Below are positions 48,416 through 60,435 of a stretch of 64,000 bases of DNA, piece after piece (the stretch's first letter is position 1; each line of letters begins with the position of its first letter). The stretch comes from Octopus vulgaris. Its lineage: Eukaryota. The translations under genes were made by a program, and so were the position numbers. The stretch lies in assembly GCA_951406725.2 (NCBI GenBank), contig OX597826.1, positions 81,406,001-81,470,000 on the forward strand. The letters are read 5' to 3'. The notes beneath the pieces are model-generated. The model saw only the letters and a list, made by a program, of their open reading frames with translations. It was not told where the DNA came from and did not search any database.

Positions 48416-48627
48416 GTAAGTATTAAATTAGCTCTTTTGTATCTTCAGGGCAGGCATTCACTTATCCAAATGCATTATTTTGTAGTCAGATGTATGTCTG
48501 TGTGAATATGTTGTGTACAAAACCTCACTTCACTTTAAAAGGCATCATACACAGGTATCGCTTGAAGTACCATCATTGTTATCCTATACTCAGAAACGAG
48601 GAAGTGGCCATCGTACATGCGTGTATA

Positions 48628-48660
<33 letters not shown>

Positions 48661-49782
48661 CATCATCATCATCATCATTGTTTAACGTCCGTTTTCCGTG
48701 CTAGCACAGGTTGGATGGTTCGACCAGGGTCTGGGAAGCCAGGAGGCTGTACCAGGCTCCAGTCTGATCTGGCAGTGTTTCTACAGCTGGATGCCCTTCC
48801 TAACGCCAACCACTCCGCAAGTGTAGTGGGTGCTTTTTACATGCCACCTGCACAGGTGCCAGGCAAGGCTGGCAACGGCCACGGTCGGATTGGTGCATTT
48901 TATAAACATGGTGGTTAGTGTTGTATGAGGAAATCCCCAAACTGCAGGCTAGGATAAGGTATTAGAGAATATTCCGGGATTTGAAAGGGTGTATGTATGT
49001 AGCTAGGGAGGAAGAGAGTTTAGAGGCCTCATTTGTGAATGAATTCAGTTGAGCCTGGTAGCAGCACTTGAAATCAACAGTGTTACCAATGTAAACCCTA
49101 GCCTGGTTGCAATGTGGGGGCATTTATATATGACATTACAGTGTAAACAAAAACCATCCAACAGACATAGCTGGGAGACCTGAGAATGACAGCTTTTTCC
49201 ACTAGTTTAGGATCAATCCCTATTCTAAGCTGATTCATATGATCTGTTACCCTGGAAGTAGGTCTAGAGGTGTTATCATTACTAGTATGGGGCTGGGAGA
49301 AGGGGTCACCGCTGTCACATGTATTATTTGTCTGTTGGTTCTGTCCAGATCACTCATTGAGGTTGTCTCCAACTCAAAAGTACAGTATGTCTTTCATTGG
49401 AATTTTTTGTGGCTATGGTCTTGGACCAACTGCTCAGTTTGCCAGCCCACATGCAGAATGTTTTTACAGGATGCCACTCATAATGAGCTCATCCGTCCAT
49501 TGACAGGTTTTGCTTTTACTCCTACAGAGTGTACGCAACCCCCACCTGCAAGCAAAGTTGGGGTAGAAAGGGCTCCTTAGCCGTAGTGAAGGCAACCTAT
49601 CTAGGGAGATAACCTTACAATAAATCACTCAGCCCGTAGCTTAGAAGTACTGGGTTGACGTCCAGCGGGAACAGCTTTGTTTCATGAAGGAGGAAAGATC
49701 TTCTTTAGTACTTGGTTGTACAATGCTTTCCAATGTGTGTAGTAGTGGCGCGCGCACACATTATTAGCCATTTGAAAAGACT

Positions 49783-52700
49783 ATGGAATTTACAATTAAC
49801 TGCACCAGGGTTCCTCTTCCCCAGGGAACCAGACCTAATGGTATACCTGCGGATGTAGGTCCAGCCCCTGCTTTGCCGGGTCCTGTCTCTGATCATGTTG
49901 CACCTCCAAGGGCATCCATTGACGGTGATGCCCTCAATCTTAACAGACGGGTATCACCTGATGGAGAAGAGTCAGCCCCCAACCAAACAACACCAAACAA
50001 ACACCTCATCAGCTGTAAAAATCATACGATACTCAGCACCCTCAATGCCCGCACCCTCGGCTCTCTTGGCCGTCTAGAAGAACTTGGTGCAAATGCAGAA
50101 TCACATGGCATTGATATAATAGCTGTCCAAGAACACCGATTTTACCACCCTGACAACATCCTCAAATACCATCAAGTCGGTTCTTATCAACTTGTAACCT
50201 CCTCAGCATCAAAGAATACTGTTAATTCAACAGTTGGAGGTATCGGATTTCTACTTTCATCAAAGGCTAGTGATACTCTCTTGAGTATAGAGTCAATCTC
50301 ACCTAGAATTATGGTGCTTGAGATAGATGGAAACCCAAAAACAACATTGGTATGTGTGTATAGCCCACATAATTCGTCTGTGGCAGACGAAATTGAAAAT
50401 TTCTATACAACCCTTCGTTCAACCATTGAGCAAGTACCTCTCCATAATTTTCTGGTTATAGCTGGTGATCTGAATGCTAGACTAGGACCCGATGAGAACA
50501 AGTTTACTTTCAACTCTAAAACCAATCGGAACGGAGAAATGCTCAAAGACTTCTTGGAGGAATTTAATCTCTACACCTCCAACAATTCTTTTATGAAACC
50601 AAAAGGTCAACTTTGGACATTTGAGTCCCCACTTGGTGATAGGGCACAAATTGACTACCTCATCTTTCGAAAGAAATGGCGCAATAGTGTTAAGGACTCG
50701 AGATCCTACTCTTCCTTTAGTTCTGTCGGCTCTGACCACAGAATTGTATCAGCTACCGTTAAGCTTAGTCTTCGCTCATCCAAAAAAACTAAGCCTCACC
50801 CGATCAAAATGATCGACTGGGAGGAAGTCTTATCTAACCCCGATATGTCCAAACAATTTACTATTGAGGTCTATAACAAATTTCAATCTCTGTCTACTTC
50901 TGAAATAGATGCTGAGAACATTGAGGAAGTATACAGCAGCCTCATCAAATCAACAGAGGAAGTTGCACTGGCTACTCTTCCCAAAAGGAAGAGTAGGGGC
51001 CAGAGCAAACCTTCTAATTCCCCAAATGTCATCGAAGCCAGAAACTATCTAAAGTCTATATCACTAGCTTACCACCGTTCTCCATCCCAGTCACTGAAGA
51101 TCCAACTCATAGCTGCCAGGAAGAATCTTGATGAGGCTTACTTGAACGCCGAGGTCGAATTTATCAATGGCAAAATTAGTAAACTATCAAAAGAGCACAT
51201 TAGTAAAAAACACCATCTCGCCTGGAAATCCATCAAAGACCTATCAGGCAAAAATTCTGGGTCATCAATTAGAATTAAAGGGGGATCAGCTAAGAAGCGT
51301 TTAGAAAATTGGTCAACCCATTTTAAAAACCTCCTTGGGAAGAATGCCAAAATCCCTGATAACCCCACTCTCCCAAGTGTGCCTATATCAGACACGCTGG
51401 ACATCAACACCTCCCCTTTTACCATATTTGAACTAACAGCAGCCACCAGGCAACTAAAAGCCTCGAAAGCATTTGGTCCCGACAACATTCCGGCTGTGAT
51501 TTGGAAGGATGATAGATTTCACACACTTTTGCTTAACCTCTGCAACCACACACTTTCCACCTTTGTCGCTCCAAAGATTTGGCACCAATCTCAAATCATT
51601 CCAATACCCAAAAAAGGCGATTTGTCCCTCGTCACCAACTACAGGGGCATATCTCTAATGTCAATTGCTGCAAAACTGTACAACAAACAGATCCTAAATC
51701 GTCTTGTCCTTTTTGTTGAATCTTTGCTCCGAAAGAACCAAAATGGATTCAGACATGGGCGCTCAATGCTGAGCCAGATACTATGCCTGCGCAGACTTAT
51801 TGAAGAATCAAAAGCATTTAATCGCGATCTTGCAATGGTATTTGTAGACTTTTCTAAAGCGTTCGATTCTGTAGATAGGTACAAGATGTTTGAAATCCTT
51901 AAGCTCTATGGGATACCAGACAAAATCATTTCTGCCATCAAGGTCCTCTACACAGATACGTCTTCAACCATCTTAACCCCTGATGGAGAAACATCATCTT
52001 TCTCGATCGAGGCCGGAATACTGCAGGGAGACACACTCGCCCCATTTCTTTTCATCATTGTTGTTGATTATGTGCTACGTATGTCAGTTGATACCATCTC
52101 TGGCAAGGGCTTTGAAATAAAACCAAGAAGAAGTTCCAGACACCCAGCTGAGTACTTGACAGACACTGACTTTGCTGACGACATCGCTCTTATCAGTGAT
52201 TCTCTCTCCAATGCCCAGTCTCTTTTACAATCTCTTGAACAAGCCTCAAATTGTGTAGGTCTTTACCTCAATGAGGCCAAGACTGAATACATAAACAAGT
52301 GCCTGTCCAACAGCGATTGCATCATCCACACTCTCAACAGTGCACCTTTAAATATGGTTTCTGATTATAAATATCTTGGGTCATACATATCATCATCTGG
52401 AAAAGACTTTCTAACTAGAAAGGGTATGGCCTGGCCAGCCTGTAATGACATGCATAAGATCTGGTCATCAAATCTAAGTAGAGACTTCAAACTTGAAATA
52501 TTCAAAGCCACAGTCGAACCAATTCTACTATATGGCTTAGAAACCTGGACGTTATCAAAGAAGCTTGAGAGGCGGTTGGATGGAACCTACACTCGCCTCC
52601 TTATGAGAGCTCAAAATCTCTCGTGGAGGCGCCATCCAACTAAAATGCAAATATATGGGAAATTACCACCTGTGTCATCTCTTGTGAAAGGTAGGAGAGT

Positions 52701-52923
52701 CCAGTTTGCTGGACATTGTTGTAGAGCTGAAAAAGAAGTAATTTCTACTCTTCTCCTCTGGAAGCCATCTACTTGCAACACCAGAGGGCGCACACTCTCC
52801 TACCCTGATGTAATCTCCAGGGATACAGGCATCCAGCAACAGGACCTCCGTAATGCTATGATGGACCGTGAAGTCTGGCGCAACATGGTAAATTCCATTG
52901 TCTCGACCACGGTCGAACAATGA
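49783..52923 (+). CDS. Intact RTE-clade LINE polyprotein (APE endonuclease + reverse transcriptase), 1046 aa, in TMEM184C intron 3
   Basis: APE motifs LNARTL, VQEHR, VYSP, GDLNA, IDY, SDH; RT motifs PKKGD, NYRGISL, QNGFR, FVDFSKAFD, GILQGD, FADD, YKYLG. No stops; (TGA)n tail at 52921-52934. Confidence 0.95.
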   Translation: MEFTINCTRVPLPQGTRPNGIPADVGPAPALPGPVSDHVAPPRASIDGDALNLNRRVSPDGEESAPNQTTPNKHLISCKNHTILSTLNARTLGSLGRLEELGANAESHGIDIIAVQEHRFYHPDNILKYHQVGSYQLVTSSASKNTVNSTVGGIGFLLSSKASDTLLSIESISPRIMVLEIDGNPKTTLVCVYSPHNSSVADEIENFYTTLRSTIEQVPLHNFLVIAGDLNARLGPDENKFTFNSKTNRNGEMLKDFLEEFNLYTSNNSFMKPKGQLWTFESPLGDRAQIDYLIFRKKWRNSVKDSRSYSSFSSVGSDHRIVSATVKLSLRSSKKTKPHPIKMIDWEEVLSNPDMSKQFTIEVYNKFQSLSTSEIDAENIEEVYSSLIKSTEEVALATLPKRKSRGQSKPSNSPNVIEARNYLKSISLAYHRSPSQSLKIQLIAARKNLDEAYLNAEVEFINGKISKLSKEHISKKHHLAWKSIKDLSGKNSGSSIRIKGGSAKKRLENWSTHFKNLLGKNAKIPDNPTLPSVPISDTLDINTSPFTIFELTAATRQLKASKAFGPDNIPAVIWKDDRFHTLLLNLCNHTLSTFVAPKIWHQSQIIPIPKKGDLSLVTNYRGISLMSIAAKLYNKQILNRLVLFVESLLRKNQNGFRHGRSMLSQILCLRRLIEESKAFNRDLAMVFVDFSKAFDSVDRYKMFEILKLYGIPDKIISAIKVLYTDTSSTILTPDGETSSFSIEAGILQGDTLAPFLFIIVVDYVLRMSVDTISGKGFEIKPRRSSRHPAEYLTDTDFADDIALISDSLSNAQSLLQSLEQASNCVGLYLNEAKTEYINKCLSNSDCIIHTLNSAPLNMVSDYKYLGSYISSSGKDFLTRKGMAWPACNDMHKIWSSNLSRDFKLEIFKATVEPILLYGLETWTLSKKLERRLDGTYTRLLMRAQNLSWRRHPTKMQIYGKLPPVSSLVKGRRVQFAGHCCRAEKEVISTLLLWKPSTCNTRGRTLSYPDVISRDTGIQQQDLRNAMMDREVWRNMVNSIVSTTVEQ

Positions 52924-53814
52924 TGATGATGATGGGGGAGCTGGTTTAGTTACTGATCACCTGACCATTGTAAAGAGTTCTTGTAAAATACTTCTGTCTT
53001 AGAATTTGGCAGTATTATTGATCAAAGTGCAAATGCTCATTCTGATTGTACCATCACAACTTGGTGCCTGAAGAGCACTTTTGATCAATAATTATTACAG
53101 CTTCTCTGAGCATAATTAAACCTGTTATGAAGAACAAATTTAATGAACTCCGCTTTTGATAATTTTTACTGAAAAGTTTTGTGAAAGGAACATCTGCTTT
53201 ACGCTTTAGCAGGAAATCCTTATCTGGTTTTCGTTGTTTTAGGTTATTTTCATCAGAAAACTTTAAATATTGAATTGAACAATCCTGACTTGTAGAATAC
53301 AGTTTGATGCCATATCATGCAAAGAATTTCAGCTTAATTAATTAAGGCTTTGTGTCTTGTATTAACAGTTTTGAGTGAAACTGTATCAGCCATGCCTCTC
53401 TTTCTTCAATATTAGCAACATTTAAGTGTTCAGTGGACTTCATCTTTGTGTTTTAGCTTAATGCAAACCTTCAGACAACTGCTGTAACTGTGTATTGGGA
53501 TTTACCAACATTATGCCTGTGTGTGTGTGTGTGTGTACACATGCATGCTGCTTAGATATTGTTGGGGAATATATGATGCATTCTATGAGCAACAGTGCAG
53601 ATAATTATAGGTTTCCAACCAATCAGTTACTGGTTCCATCATTTGGTTATGTTTCTTTTTACCTGGTCAACATTGCCTTTTTCTCTTTATGAAGTTAATA
53701 AGTATCAGTCTAAGTACGGTGACTTATAATATAGTTGACTTTAAGATAGTAAGACCCTAACTGCAATCCAGTGACTGAGACTAATAAAAGAACTGAAGAC
53801 TAATAATTAGTAAA

Positions 53815-53871
53815 CGTGAGTTCAGGTGAAGCTGACTGTGGCTGCAGATCTCGATGGTAGCAGCAAATATT
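53815..53871 (+). rRNA. Short degenerate 28S rRNA-derived fragment (not a functional rRNA gene)
   Basis: cgtgagttcaggtgaagctg...tgcagatctcgatggtagcagcaaatatt resembles the conserved LSU segment GGTGCAGATCTTGGTGGTAGTAGCAAATATTC. Confidence 0.6.
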
Positions 53872-53952
53872 TGTAAAGGAAAAAAAACAAAGAATCTTAT
53901 TTTGTGATAACTTAACAAATAAATAACTTCATTTCAAACTTTTTCTTTGTAG

Positions 53953-54027
53953 TAAATTCATCAGAAATTGCAAGCATGGAGTATTACAGTATACAATCAT
54001 ACGACCAACTACGACAGTGTTAGCTTT
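53953..54027 (+). CDS. TMEM184C: TMEM184C coding exon 4
   Basis: KFIRNCKHGVLQYTIIRPTTTVLA(L); phase 2 at both ends; canonical sites. Confidence 0.93.
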
Positions 54028-54814
54028 GTAAGTATGATCAGAATGTGATTTCTTGTTTTGCATGCATTATCTATCACCAGAGTTTATTTATTGAAAGTTG
54101 ACAATATTTCTTTCAATCATCCCATCACCATTGCTTTTTATTATATATATCCCCATCACTAAGAGTAAATATCCCCTAATGCTTCCAAACCCTGCACCAA
54201 ACACATTCCATTGGAATTATCTCTCTGCATACATTTTCCTTACAGATATAAGGGCTGTGGATGGTTAACAGAATTTGATGAATAGTGTATAAAGTACTAT
54301 GTCATATGAAGTAATGAATTACCTGAGCAATGAATTACCTGAGCTGTTACAGCATCTGACAAGATGCATTGGGTTATTTTTTTCATTCCATCACCTTGTA
54401 TTCTGAGATCAAATCTTGCTGAGGTCAAACTTAAATCACTGGTTTCCTAATACTTACCTCCTTCCATGCTGTTAGTTTCAGTCTCTGTAAAGGGTCATAG
54501 GTGATATCCTTTCCTCCTCACTAAAAACATTATAAGACTATCATTTGATTACATTTGATTTGACCACAGAACACCTGTTCTGTATTCAAATCCCACCTAA
54601 GTCAGTTTTCCATCATCATCATCATCATCATTACCATTTAACATCAACATTTCCAGGTTTGCATGGGTCAGGTGAAATATGTTGAGGCAGATTCTCTACA
54701 GCTGGATGCTCTTTCTGTTGCCAACTCTTGCCTATTTTCAAGCTTGGTAATATATAACACACACATATATATATATGAATGTATGTATATCCGACGCCAT
54801 GCACACATGAATAT

Positions 54815-55040
54815 AGGTGCAAGGGAAGCTGTGTGGTTAAGAAGCTTGCTTTACAATCATGTGTTGTTGGCTTCAGTTCTAGTGGCACCTTGGGCAAGTG
54901 TTTTCTCTCTAGCCCTGGGCCAACCAATGCCTTGTGAGTATATTTAGTAAACAGAAACTGAAAGAATCCCATGTGTGTGTCTACATGTGCGTGTGTGTCC
55001 TCTTGTCTAGATATTACAGATGGTTGTGAGTGTCATTGTC
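54815..55040 (+). mobile_element. tRNA-derived SINE of another family (similar copy ~43745-43900)
   Basis: gctgtgtggttaagaagcttgct...ggcaccttgggcaagtgt...gccttgtgagt...gaaactgaaagaa, then a (TG)n-like tail. Confidence 0.6.
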
Positions 55041-56636
55041 CTACAAGTATGGATGTTTCATGTGTTGGAGGAGGAGAGTAGAGCTGAATATAGGGAATGG
55101 AAGAAAAGGGTCGGTGGTGGAACAGTAGGAGTTGTTCAGACAGGTAGATGTGATGAGTGGCAGTATAGGAAAGGAGGAGAGCAATAGTATATCACACCTG
55201 TAGGGTATGTTATGCTATAAATATGGGAATGATGTGCAGGGTGGGAGAATAGAGGGTTGGGTGAGATGTACAGTGATAGAGATGGATGTCAGAAGTATGT
55301 AGGGGTGGCTATAATGAATGGGTGTGTGTGCAAAGGTGAGGTGGGAGAGGTCATTGACTGCAGATAAGAGAGGGTGTTAAGGGTAAAGTGATGACAGTCC
55401 CAAGATGTATCTCGGTGGAGAGACAGAGACAACTGAAGGCCAAGAAAGGTGGAAATAATGGTGGGAAAGGGGTAACATTGAGAATAGATACAATGAACTC
55501 TGCTCCCTCCAGGAAAATTGTTGAGAATGACAGCAGATATGAGAAGGTGTTAAAGATGAGGTATGGCACTCCTAAGATGTATTTCAGAGGAATGGAAGAG
55601 ATAACTGGAGGTACAGAAAGGAGTAACAAGGGATGATATTGAAAACGAAGGATGGAGTTTAAAAGAAAAAGGGTTCCAAGGAAAAGGGGAGGCAACTCGT
55701 ATCACAAAGAGGAAGAAATATGTGCAGATTCTGCTCTTATAAAATACAACATAGGGGTGGATATTAAGAAGGTAAGAGATGGTGGGTGGGGAGCCTGACA
55801 GTGATAGATTGAATGCAGGAGACATAAATAATGCCACTTAAGCCTCACTTTCTAAGATGGTTAGGTCTTCTGAAGTGCAGCAAATTGCCAGCCATCTCAG
55901 TTCTTTCTCTCTCTCCTCCTCCATAAGGCTTAACATCTTGAGATCAGCTTTTGCTAGTTTCTCATATTCACATTTAACAACCAATACTTATTTATATTTC
56001 TGTTGGTTTTGATTTCACTTGCCCCAACAGGTCTTTGCAGATGATGATGATGATGTTGTCTTTCGCACACGTCACATGACCAAACTATCAAATTCTTTTC
56101 TTTTGCACACTACATCTGATTCCTCAGTTTTTTTCTCAACACATTTTTCACTTTGTTCTCTATGTACATCATGTTGCACATCCAATGGAGTATACGAGTT
56201 CCATCCTTTTCTAGTCTTTGCATATTCTCTATATTCAGGGAACATGTCTTACTGCCATGTTGCATTGCCCTTCATACGCAATCATCATACAACCTGTCTT
56301 TCACTCTGAGAGTGGAGCTTTTTTATTACTAACAGAGGTAACGGTTCTCTGAACTTTCTTCAGCCAGTTCTTTTCCTAGCAATTCTTTTATCATGCTGTG
56401 GTTGACCGGGATAGCTAGTCCTGTTGGAAAGACCCTCTTTCTCCCTTGCATGCTCCTCATTTGGTAACTTTTTATAGTAGCACCTCTATAGATAAGTGCA
56501 GCTTTACCATTATCCACCACACATGCATATCACTTGCAATATCTCATTTCTCTCTGATTCACCATCTTTTAATCTGATTCTCATGCATTTGAACATTGGC
56601 AGACTTTTTAGTTTTTTACTTCTTCCTTTGTCATTT

Positions 56637-56870
56637 GAACCTGGCACTTAGCTTCTCTCCGAGCTGCCTGGGACAATTCTCTGCCGCTTCCATTTTACCA
56701 TTCTTTTCAAACAAATGCAACTAGTTTAGCTGCCCACCTACTTAATCTAACATTGGAATGTTGATATTCAGTGCTATAAAAGCAAAAAATACAGGTTTGA
56801 AAAGAATGGTAAAATGGAAGCGGCAGAGGATTGTCCCAGGCAGCTACAAGAGACGCTAAGTACCAGGTTT
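56637..56870. repeat. Palindromic element with ~75-bp arms and ~82-bp spacer
   Basis: agctgcctgggacaattctctgccgcttccattttaccattcttttcaaac / gtttgaaaagaatggtaaaatggaagcggcagaggattgtcccaggcagct. Confidence 0.9.
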
Positions 56871-57002
56871 CAGTTTTAGCTGTTTTTATTTATTTATTTA
56901 CTGTATCTGCAGCACCAGTAATGCTTAAATTTATGATGTCCATAATGCTTATACTTATAACATTGCTAACACCTACTCCTACCCCCTGCAGGGGCAACAA
57001 TC

Positions 57003-59368
57003 TTAGAACTCCAGTAGCCTAGTTCCCTCTTCATTTTGGGAACCAATTCCATGGCCACCGTGAACACTATGGAGGATACCAGATTGCCATCCGACATGCC
57101 CATTAAAATCTCCAGCCACAAAGATGAGGTCATTGCCACTTGTCTTTGAGGTAGCCTGTAGAAGGGTATCATAGAAGTGGTCCTTCTGATCATTTGGTAG
57201 GCCCACTTGTGGGGTGTAGGCAGAGATAATTGTAGCTATACTATTCTGCAGAACTAGCCTGAGCTCAAGCACTCTATCGCTTACCCTGACTACCTCTATG
57301 ACCTTATCCACACATTTCTCTGCAAGGAGTATGCCTACATCCCCTACACCATCACTGTTACCTTCCCAGAAGATTTCATACCTATTAATCTGCAACACCA
57401 ACTTCAGGAATCCTGAAAGCCACCTGATAACCTATCAATCAGGCGACTCTGCTAGCCAGATTGATTTCATCCTCACCAGACAGCAGGATGCAAGATTGCT
57501 CTTAAATACAAAGACCCGCCCGGGTGAAGAATGTAGCCCCCAGCATAAACTAGTCATTTGAGACTTTAGACTCGAAGCCAAAAGGATGCCAAGAAGCAAA
57601 CCAATCCAGAAAAGAAGGATTCGGAAGCTTAAGAACCCTTCAGATGGTCAGAGATTTAGGGACATCCTCATTGAGAAATTTGATGAGAGAGAGGAGGCAC
57701 AGACTTGGGACATAGAGGGTAACTGGGAATTCCTACAGGGCAGCTTACTGAGCGCCACAGACCAAATCTGGTGCAAAGTCCCTTCCAGACCTAGAGTAAT
57801 GTGGTGATGGAATAATGCGGTAGACAAGGCCATTAGAGCAAAGAAACAAGCCTGGGAAACCTGGAAGAGTAGCCAGATAGCCAGAAGGGAGGCTGGGTGA
57901 CAGGTATGCATAGCCAAGGGAGAAGCAGAAAAGAAGTTTGCCAATGTTCAGCGAATTGAAGACCAAAGAACTGAGGTATTTCGGATTGCAAGACAGTGTG
58001 TGAGAGAAAATTGTGATGTCAGAGGAGACAAATGTGTTAATATGGATGATGGTGCACTTGCTTTTAATGTTTCTGCAAAGAAAGAAGCTTGGAGAAGCCA
58101 TTATGAAAGGCTGCTGAATGTGGAGAATGAATGGGAGGAGGAGAGCTTGCCAAATATTTACCCAGTCAAGGGACAAGCTACCCGAATCGATAGCATCCTG
58201 GTAGATAAAGCAATTAAGAGTATGAAACCAGGAAAAGCCCTTGGCCCAACAGGAATCACTGCTGAGATGCTTAAAGCATCTGGTGGTGTGGGTTATGGTC
58301 TAGTCACTCGTATTGTAAACTTGGTAGTTCACGAAGGAGTCATACCCAATGACTGGCGTAGCAACACCAGAGTCAACTACTACAAGGGTAAGGGTGATGC
58401 TCTAGATAGAAATAATTACAGGGGTATCAAATTGCTGGATCAGGTGATGAAGGTCACGGAGAGGGTCATAGCCCAACTAATTAGGGAGAGAACCTAGATG
58501 AGATGCAGTTTGGTTTTGTGCCAGGTAAAAGCACCACTGATGCTATATTTCTGATGCTATATACAGCAACTGCAAGAGAAATACCTAGCCAAAGATAAAC
58601 CCCTATACTTGGCTTTTGTTGACTTGGAGAAAGCCTTTGACAGGGTCCCCTGATCCCTTATCTGGTAGGCAATGTAGAAACTAGGGATAGATGAGTGGTT
58701 AATAAGAGCTCCTCTATGCTGATGATCTTGTTCTCATAGTGGAATCACTACCAGAACTAGAGAAGAAATTTCAGGTGTGTTAGCAAGGTTTAGAATTGAA
58801 GGGCCTTAGAATCAATGTTGCAAAAGCCAAAGTCCTAGTAAGTGGGAAGGCTAACAAATCACAAACCCTGTCAGGTAGATGGCCCTGGTTAATCTGTAGA
58901 AAAGGGGTAGGTAGATACTCCATAATACGTACCTAGTGTAAGCTATGGGCGCATAAGAGGTGCAGCAACATCAAAGGAAGGTTAACCAGGATGATAGCTA
59001 TTGTGTGCGGAAGATGCACAGAGGCAATAAACGCTGCAGATGCTCAGAAAACGAATTCCATCTCATGCCAGGGGAAGAAACTAGAAGTAGTTGATAGCTT
59101 TTGCTACCTATGTGACCAAGTCTGTAGTGGGGGGGGTGGGTGCTTGGAGAGTGTTTCCACTAGAATAAGAATAGATTGGGCAAAGTTCAGAAGGTACCTA
59201 CCTCTACTGGTGACAAAGGGCTTCTCGCTCAGAGTGAAAGGTAGACTGTATGATGCATGTGTGCAAACTGCCATGCTACACGGCATTGCAACATGGGCCA
59301 TGACTGCTGAAGACTTGCATAGGCTTGAAAGAAATGAAGTTACTATGATCTGCTGGATGTGTAATGTT
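57003..59368 (+). mobile_element. Degenerate RTE-PHD LINE with an inverted 5' segment (57003-~57385 minus, remainder plus)
   Basis: Minus part: APE fragment YEIFWEG...GDFNGHVG...GTRLLEF. Plus part starts ICNTNFR and continues through the RT to ICWMCNV; stops and an internal deletion. Confidence 0.88.
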
Positions 59369-60110
59369 GTCAATCTGGCTTGCCCACCAGATTGACAGGT
59401 GATGAGGAGACTGGCTGGTTTCCTCCTGAAGTCTGTGTTGCAGATCATGAAGTTATTTTAATTACAGAACTTCAGCAGCCTTGTTCCCTCTTCATTTCTA
59501 GAATCAAAGCAGCAACCTCTGTGCACACCTTGGAATCCATTATTGTGCTGCCAAACATACTTCTTGAGGTCACCTTTTACAATAATAAGGTCCTTGTCAT
59601 CCCTCATCAAAAGGGCCTTGTAAAATTGGTCTGTCTGTTCATCTGCCAGCTTAGATGGTGGAGCATTGGCAGAGACTGATGACACTGTTGCTTTATCCAA
59701 GAATAATCTCAGTTTACCTGTCCTATCACGTATTCCAACTACCTTGATTACTTGTCTAACAATTTCTCTGCTGAAAACCTGTCCACTCCACACTCTCCAT
59801 CATTACCTTTGTCTGTCCCAAAGCATTTATACCTTTGTTCCTTGCCTGTGAGGAGTCCAGCTTAGGATGCCCTGCATCTTACCTGTTGCATACAGCACAC
59901 ACCTACAAAATTCTGCTCTAGCATTCCAACAATCTTACTGCACCCTATGCTAGCATTGACTGCAGCTGTTTTAAGGGTGTGGACCGGGTAGCAAGAGGTA
60001 TCCATCTGGAAAGGGGAGTTGTGTGAATGTTTGCCTTAAGATAGGGAGCTCTTGCATGTATCCAAGTAATTATACAAGTATTACTGCTCAAGGAATTATC
60101 GTACCCTAAA
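59369..60110 (-). mobile_element. 5' (APE) fragment of another RTE-PHD family copy
   Basis: VIKVVGIRDR, GDLKKYVW, RNEEGTRLLKFC, ICNTDFR. Confidence 0.75.
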
Positions 60111-60189
60111 TCCTGAAGTTCTAAGCAGAAAGGGGTATATTGCCATTCATATCAAGGATGGTTAACAAAGGGGGTTGTTGTATTGCAAA

Positions 60190-60435
60190 CATCATCATCA
60201 TCATTGTTCGACCATGGTCGAGACAATGGAATTTACCATGCTACGCCAGACTTCACGGTCCATCATAGCATTACGGAGGTCCTGTTGCTGGATGCCTGTA
60301 TCTCTGGAGATTACATCAGGGTAGGAGAGTGTGCGCTCTCTGGTATCGCGAGCAGATGGCTTCTAGAGGAGAAGAGTAGAAATTACCTCGTTTTCAGCTA
60401 TACAAATGTCCAGCAAACTGGACTCTTCTACCTTT
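60190..60435 (-). mobile_element. 3' fragment of the intact-RTE family
   Basis: Reverse complement of ~52690-52934, with its (TGA)n tail. Confidence 0.9.

Noticed and set aside
49200-49782. HDV-like ribozyme and TSD expected at the 5' end of the intact RTE
   Set aside because: Could not build a convincing nested double pseudoknot or find a repeat of the 3' flank by eye, so the 5' boundary is left undefined.
55351-55850. Possible decayed Penelope RT C-terminal region on the minus strand
   Set aside because: Only faint motif resemblance (FPP...AF, SY..HP); too degenerate to support without a profile search.
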